Shown here: in pieces, positions 57,451 to 64,000 of the stretch
How positions within the stretch are numbered: the first letter of the stretch is position 1
Layout: each line of letters begins with the position of its first letter
Notes under the pieces: generated by a model
The model's input: the letters and a program-made list of their open reading frames with translations, nothing else
Told to the model about the DNA's origin: nothing
The model's database searches: none
Origin: Ranitomeya imitator
Lineage: Eukaryota
Length of the DNA stretch: 64,000 nucleotides
Direction: 5' to 3'
NCBI RefSeq assembly: GCF_032444005.1
Contig: NC_091284.1
Span: forward strand, 11,780,001-11,844,000
Program-made: the position numbers and the translations under genes

Positions 57451-59680
57451 GGAAAATGGAAATAAATACATTTTTTTTATTTTTCCCTAACTAAGGGGGT
57501 GATGAAGGGGGGTTTGATTTACTTTTATAGCGGGTTTTTTAGCGGATTTTTATGATTGGCAGCCGTCACACACTGAAAGACGCTTTTTATTGCAAAAAAT
57601 ATTTTTTGCGTTACCACATTTTGAGAGCTATAATTTTTCTATATTCTGGTCCACAGAGTCATGTGAGGTCTTGGTTTTTGCGGGACGAGTTGATGTTTTT
57701 ATTGGTAACATTTTCGGGCACGTGACATTTTTTGATCGCTTTTTATTCCGATTTTTGTGAGGCAGAATGACCAAAAACCAGCTATTCATGAATTTCTTTT
57801 GGGGGAGGCGTTTATACCGTTCCGCGTTTGGTAAAATTGATGAAGCAGTTTTATTCTTCGGGTCAGTACGATTACAGCGACACCTCATTTATATCATTTT
57901 TTTATGTTTTGGCGCTTTTATACGATAAAAACTATTTTATAGAAAAAATAATTATTTTTGCATCGCTTTATTCTCAGGACTATAACTTTTTTATTTTTTT
58001 GCTGATGATGCTGTATGGCGGCTCGTTTTTTGCGGGACAAGATGACGTTTTCAGCGGTACCATGGTTAGTTATATCTGTCTTTTTGATCGCGTGTTATTC
58101 CACTTTTTGTTCGGCGGTATGATTATCAAGCGTTGTTTTTTGCCTCGTTTTTTTTTTTTTTTTCTTACGGTGTTTACTGAAGGGGTTAACTAGTGGGCCA
58201 GTTTTATAGGTCGGGCCGTTACGGACGCGGCGATACTAAATATGTGTACTTTTATTGTTTTGTTTTTTTTATTTAGATAAAGAAATGTATTTATGGGAAT
58301 AATATTTTTATTTTTTTTTTCATTATTTTGGAATATTTTTTTTTATTTTTTTTTACACATTTGAAATTTTTTTTTTTACTTTTTTACTTTGTCCCAGGGG
58401 GGGACATCACAGATCAGTGATCTGACAGTTTGCACAGCACTCTGTCAGATCACTGATCTGATAGGAGTGCAGGCTGCTTCACAGTGCCTGCTCTGAGCAG
58501 GCTCTGTGAAGCCACCTCCCTCCCTGCAGGACCCGGATCCGCGGCCATCTTGGATCCGGGGCTGGAGGGAGCAGGGAGGGAGGTGAGACCCTCGCAGCAA
58601 CGCGATCACATCGCGTTGCTGCGGGGGGCTCAGGGAAGCCCGCAGGGAGCCCCCTCCCTGCGCGGTGCTTCCCTGTACCGCCGGCACATCGCGATCATCT
58701 TTGATCGCGGTGTGCCGGGGGTTAATGTGCCGGGGGCGGTCCGTGACCGCTCCTGGCACATAGTGCCGGATGTCAGCTGCGATAAACAGCTGACACCCGG
58801 CCGCGATCGGCGGCGCTCCCCCCGTGAGCGCTGCCGATCGCACATGACGTACTATTGCGTCCTTGGGAAGTAAAGCCCACCCCACATGGACGCAATAGTA
58901 CGTCTAATGGCAGAAAGGGGTTAAGGTTCCTGAAGGTGTGAAAATGACCTCTGCAAAGTATATAGAGATTCTGACTGACAACTTTCTTCCATGGTCTAAA
59001 GGCAGAAACGTGCTTTCAGGAGCAAAATCATCATCATCCATGACAATGCACCATCTCATGCTGCAAAGGATACCTCTGAGTCATTGGCTGCTATGGGCAT
59101 AAAAGGAGATAAACTCATGGTGTGGCCACCATCTTCCCCTGACCTCAACCCTATAGAGAACCTTTGGAGTATCATCAAGCAAAAGATCTATGAGGGTGGG
59201 AGGCCGATCACATCAACACAGCAGCTCTGGGAGGCGATTCTGACTTCATGCAAAGACGTACAAGCAGAGGCTCTCCAAAATCATACAAGTTCAATGGATG
59301 CAAGAACTGTGAAGGTGATATCAAAGAAGGGGTCCTATGCTAACATGTAACGTGGCCTGTTGGGATGTTTTGGAGTTAAATAGCTTTTTTGTTCAGTGAA
59401 TGTGACCTGTTAATGCTGCGAATTCCACAAATGAGCATTTTCAGTTCTTTAAAACATATCGAATGTTTATAAATTCTACTGTGCATAATAATTTGGAACA
59501 GTGCATTTTAAGTTTTTATTCATTTTGGAGATTATACTGTTATCATTGGGAGGTTTCTCCAATAAAATTCGATGTATACTCTAACGGTTGATTACTTTTA
59601 TTAGGCTGGCTGTCATTTGCACCAACCATTTAGGAAAATCCGATAAAAATGTAATTTGCATAATAATTTGGAACATAGTG

Positions 59681-61265
59681 TATACAGATACTGGCCGGTG
59701 ACCGGATCATACATGTACATATACAGATACTGGCCGGTGACCGGATCATACATGTACATATACAGATACTGGCCGGTGACCGGATCATACATGTACATAT
59801 ACAGATAGTGGCCGGTGATCGGATCATACATGTAAATATACAGATACTGGCCGGTGATCGGGTCATACATGTACATATACAGATACTGGCTGTTGACCGG
59901 ATCATACATGTACATATACAGATACTGGCTGATGACCGGATCATACATGTACAGATACAGATACTGTCCGGTGACCGGATCATACATGTACATATACACG
60001 TACTGGCCGATGACCGGATCATACATGTACATATACACATACTGGCCGGTTACCAGATCATACATGTACATATGCAGATACTGGCCAGTGACCGGATCAT
60101 ACATGTATATATGCAGATACTGGCCGGTGAGCAGATCATACATGTACATACACAGATACTGGCCGGTGACCGGATCATACATGTACATATACAGATACTG
60201 GCCGGTGAGCAGATCATACATGTACATACACAGATACTGGCCGGTGACCGGATCATACATGTACATACACAGATACTGGACGGTGACCGAATCATACATG
60301 TACAGATACTGGCCGGTGACCGGATCATACATGTACATATGCAGATACTGGCCGGTGACCGGATCATACATGTACATATACAGATACTGGCCGGTGACCG
60401 GATCATACATGTACATATACAGCTACTGGACGGTGACCGAATCATACATGTACAGATACAGATACTGGCCGGTGACCGGATCATACAAGTACATATACAG
60501 ATACTGACCGGTGACCGGATCATACATGTACATACACAGATACTGGCCGGTGATCGGATCATACAAGTACAGATACAGATACTGGCCGGTGACCGGATCA
60601 TACAAGTACATATACAGATACTGACCGGTGACCGGATCATACATGTACATATACAGATATTGGCCGGTGATCGGATCATACAAGTACAGATACAGATACT
60701 GGCCGGTGACCGGATCATACAAGTACATATACAGATATTGGCCGGTGATCGGATCATACAAGTACATATACAGATACTGACCGGTGACCGGATCATACAA
60801 GTACATATACAGATATTGGCCGGTGATCGGATCATACAAGTACATATACAGATACTGACCGGTGACCGGATCATACATGTACATATACAGATACTGGCTG
60901 ATGACCGGATCATACATGTACATATACAGATACTGGCCGGTGACCGGATCATACATGTACATATACAGATACTGGCTGGTGACCGGATCATACATGTACA
61001 TATACAGATACTGACCGGTGACCGGATCATACATGTACATATACAGATACTGGCTGATGACCGGATCATACATGTACATATACAGATACTGGCCGGTGAC
61101 CGGATCATACATGTACATATACAGATACTGGCTGGTGACCGGATCATACATGTACATATACAGATACTGGCTGGTGACCGGATCATACATGTACATATAC
61201 AGATACTGGCTGGTGACCGGATCATACATGTACAGATACAGATACTGGCCGGTGACCGGATCATG
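59681..61265. repeat. 39-bp minisatellite, block 3
   Basis: Same unit as block 1, about 40 copies. Confidence 0.95.
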
Positions 61266-61399
61266 CAGTTTATTTGAAATGCCCATTTATTATAATGATG
61301 GCTGGACCGTACATGACAAGCACTATTTGCCTATTGTGTCCCCCCTATTTCCTCATAGACTGTAGCTTGGAGCAGCCGGACCCTCATTCCTCCTGTAAC

Positions 61400-61503
61400 T
61401 GGTGAAGTATTCGTTACTTTGTGATGTCTTTAATGTCCCTGCTTATTGTAAGGTATTGCAGAATATGTTCACCCTATAGAAATAAAATTATTATTATTAT
61501 TAA
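61400..61503 (+). mobile_element. Short LINE/SINE 3' tail fragment
   Basis: gtattgcagaatatgtt...ctatagaaataaaattattattattatt ending. Confidence 0.45.
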
Positions 61504-61779
61504 CATCACTAGGCGGCATCACACGATGGTTTAAGCTCCGAAAACAGGATTCACACAGCACCCCCCACAGAGCCAATGTATACAATGAGGAAACCCGAGT
61601 CCACAGTCTGTAGCCCCCTAAGATGAATATCAGAGGTTTTATCAGTACTGGGAATAAAGAGATTTCCCCATATTAAAAGCTGATGCCAAACAGATCGGTT
61701 TTGCTGTTGATTTCTAAATCGAGGGTCTGACCAATGTGACCCCGGACAGAAGAAAATAGTAAAGACACTGATCAAGGTC

Positions 61780-61806
61780 TTATGTCGGCTTCTTGTTCTC
61801 CATTAT
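61780..61806 (-). CDS. Ig-receptor terminal coding exon (IMENKKPT*)
   Basis: cattacag acceptor, phase 0, TAA at 61780-61782. Confidence 0.55.
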   Translation of the reverse strand: MMENKKPT

Positions 61807-62052
61807 CTGTAATGATCCAGTCACACAACCCCCAGAACGACCCATGAACTAATACATATGATTAATAACATTTACTAATATTTGAGAATCTCACATCAGG
61901 GTCTGCTGTGGGAAACGTCGGGGGTCTTAGTTTTAAAGATCGATTTCTAGATTTATTTCTATAAAGTGACCAGCGAGAAAGAAAAGAAAAATAGGTGAGC
62001 AAATAAGCGAAGACAAATTTCAAGGAGACAAAAGAGGAAGATTTATACTCAC

Positions 62053-62132
62053 CATAGATAGGAGGAAAAGGAGTTTAACAGCAAAAACAGAGGCCATCGT
62101 AATCAGGTACATCTGCTGAGAAGATCCTGAGA
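62053..62132 (-). CDS. Ig-receptor transmembrane exon (YLITMASVFAVKLLFLLSM)
   Basis: Hydrophobic stretch with central Lys; phase 1/0; ATG|gtgagt donor. Confidence 0.75.
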
Positions 62133-62964
62133 CTAAAACCGGAGAAACACAAAGTATAGCAGAGATTGGAGTAAGATGTGTACCCATGTTATATGTCAGA
62201 TCACCTGCCCCAGCAATACCCCACGCCAATAATCTCCAGTACACGGGGCATAGAAGGATGGAGCTACATAATCCATAAAGACATCTCCAGAGAGGGAACC
62301 TATCACCCTCATATTGAACAAATGGGATTAATTATAACTGGGTAAATGAGAAAGAGCAGACACTTTAATCTCCATTGAAGCAGGACCTTCTGTTGTGAAC
62401 ATGTAATTAAGAATTACCAGATCTTGGGGGATTCTGATTAGAACCAGTCAACAAGCCTGGGATTCGTATACGGAGAGGCAGAGAAGTACAGGGGGTCCGC
62501 TATTGAAAAGAATCAACTTCCTCTGTTCAAAAGAATTATCTCAGACTCGCTGGAGCCAATGATGAATATTTAGGTTTGCATCAATCAATATTTATGGGAG
62601 ATATATTTTCAGCGTCGTAGTAAATTAATGATGAATTATGCTTTCCATGCCATGTTTCATCTCTATAGAAAGGTAAAATCGTGATAGGAAGCATGATGAC
62701 AATATCTCCTGCCTGGGACCTCCAGAGGCAAAGATATCTTGAAAGTTGGGGATATCGTAGACTTCTAAATGGCCTAGCAGATTCCACAACCAGCCTCCAT
62801 GTGAGCCCGCCAAAGGAAGGTATGTGGGGGTAAACTTGATCTAATAAAAATCAGCGCTTTGGTTTTAGTCATTTGTTAGTGGTGGAAGGTAGAGTGATTC
62901 TCCATTTCTATAAGGAGTTTTCCTAAAAGGAGTACCTCGCTCCGCTTAGCTAATATCTTCTTAC

Positions 62965-63228
62965 CTGTAACCTCCAGCTGGTATTCCCCAGTCTGCTCAC
63001 TGACTGGGTTTGTGATCCGGACACGGAGTCTCCTCTCGGCGTCGTCTCTCTGGGCTCTCGGGATAATCACCGTCCTATTATCATCTATCAGTCGGTATCG
63101 GTCAGGGAGAAGCCCCCCGTCCACCTCCCAGGTCACAACCGTCTCCTCTCCATAGAACTGGACACTCACAGCGATGTCCTGACCCGGCCGGCTGCTGTTA
63201 CTGGTGATGTTGGAGATTAGAACTGGAT
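62965..63228 (-). CDS. Ig C2-type domain exon of a CD2/SLAM/CEACAM-like receptor
   Basis: VTWEVDG...LIDDNRTVIIP...VRITNPVSEQ (NPVS motif); 264 nt, phase 1/1. Confidence 0.85.
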
Positions 63229-63326
63229 CTGGAAGTATCAGGAGAAAGTTGGTCACCACCAGTCATGGACCTGGGTCTCGGTGAGGGGTGTAGATCGCTA
63301 GCTCTGTGGTCAATATCAAATCTTAC

Positions 63327-63599
63327 CCAGTACAATGATTTGTGTGGAGAGCAGAAATGTCTCCTGACTCCTGTAAAGTGTGACGTTGTACACACAGGAG
63401 TCGTTCTTCCAGGCGTCTCTCAAGGTCCAGCATCCACTTCTCGTGTCCAGGTGGAGTCGGGGTTCATTTTCCTTCTGGGTTATGAGGCGATGACACCACA
63501 GAGTTATCAGGATCATGTTTTTACCTTCACATTCTTTGTACAACCTAATGTTACCATCAGTATGAGTACATTTCATGCCACAGTCGGTGATGTCTGAAC
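63327..63599 (-). CDS. Ig V-like domain exon of the same receptor (leader exon not identified in window)
   Basis: RLHLDTRSGCWTLRDAWKNDSCVYNV resembles the CD2-family D-E-F strand motif; 273 nt, phase 1/1. Confidence 0.75.
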
Positions 63600-64000
63600 C
63601 TGTCTGCACATAGACTTTTTCCGATGAGAGTGGTAGTCCAGCTAGGATAAAGAGGATACCTGTGTAGACACATGAGAAGAACAGTCAAAAAGTCAAAAAT
63701 GGAGGGGACCCTATGCCGTTTTTTAAAAAATATTTATTTAAATAATAAAAAAAATATGGCGTGAGGGCCCCTCTATTTTTGATAACCAGCCAAATTAAAG
63801 CTGACAACTGGCGGCTGCAGCCCGAAACTCTCAGCTTTACCTGCAATGATTATCAGAAATAGAGGGGAGCCCACGCCATTTGCTTTTATTATTTATTTAT
63901 TGCACATGAATATTCACATCAGCCTCATCTGCTCTCGCCGCTATCAGCGAGACCAGGCGTACTCTGATGAGTCGTATTCTCATCAGTCAACGCCTGTGAC

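Larger units (their letters stand above)
53836..58920. mobile_element. piggyBac-type non-autonomous element with internal ~390-bp tandem array and telomere-like tract
   Basis: TTAA TSD (53832-53835, 58921-58924), CCCCTTT / AAAGGGG ends; about 7 copies of a 385-394-bp unit at 54200-57050; no transposase ORF. Confidence 0.85.
53036..59680 (+). mobile_element. Tc1 transposon (about 1.56 kb net) split by a TTAA element
   Basis: TIR CACTGTGTTCCAAATTATTATGCAAATT / reverse complement at 59653-59680, TA TSD; transposase GPF|KVPEGVKMT rejoins across the TTAA; WPPSSPDLNPIENLW. Confidence 0.92.

Noticed and set aside
59613-61365. Long ORFs (489, 404 and 287 aa) on both strands
   Set aside because: The 39-bp unit is a multiple of 3, so it gives periodic peptides; no splice or homology support.
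35130-61700. HCLS1, expected from human synteny
   Set aside because: No cortactin-repeat or SH3 coding sequence was recognised on either strand.

Overview
Vertebrate genomic DNA, most likely an anuran (frog); this is inferred from the Tc1/CR1/L2/Helitron/TTAA-MITE repertoire and POLQ-FBXO40 synteny. Four spliced genes are supported. (1) The 5' part of POLQ (minus strand): 8 coding exons, 173-14320, plus a non-coding leader exon. Its first coding exon is much longer than the human one (199 vs about 54 codons) and is internally duplicated. (2) An unrecognised gene of about 345 aa with a coiled-coil C-terminal half (plus strand, about 15050-23130), head-to-head with POLQ across a CpG-island promoter. 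(3) A complete FBXO40 (plus strand, 698 aa). (4) The 3' part of a CD2/SLAM-like two-Ig receptor with a transmembrane lysine and a 6-aa tail (minus strand, 61780-63599). Introns are largely filled by GC-rich minisatellites, two of which copy their own splice sites. The rest is densely nested transposons: Tc1, a young CR1 with an uninterrupted ORF2, L2, a SINE, a Helitron, hAT and TTAA MITEs and a solo LTR. There is one assembly gap (57213-57434). No CRISPR, rRNA or bona fide tRNA was found. Exon models were derived by hand from splice signals, phase consistency and recalled homology; no database searches were run.
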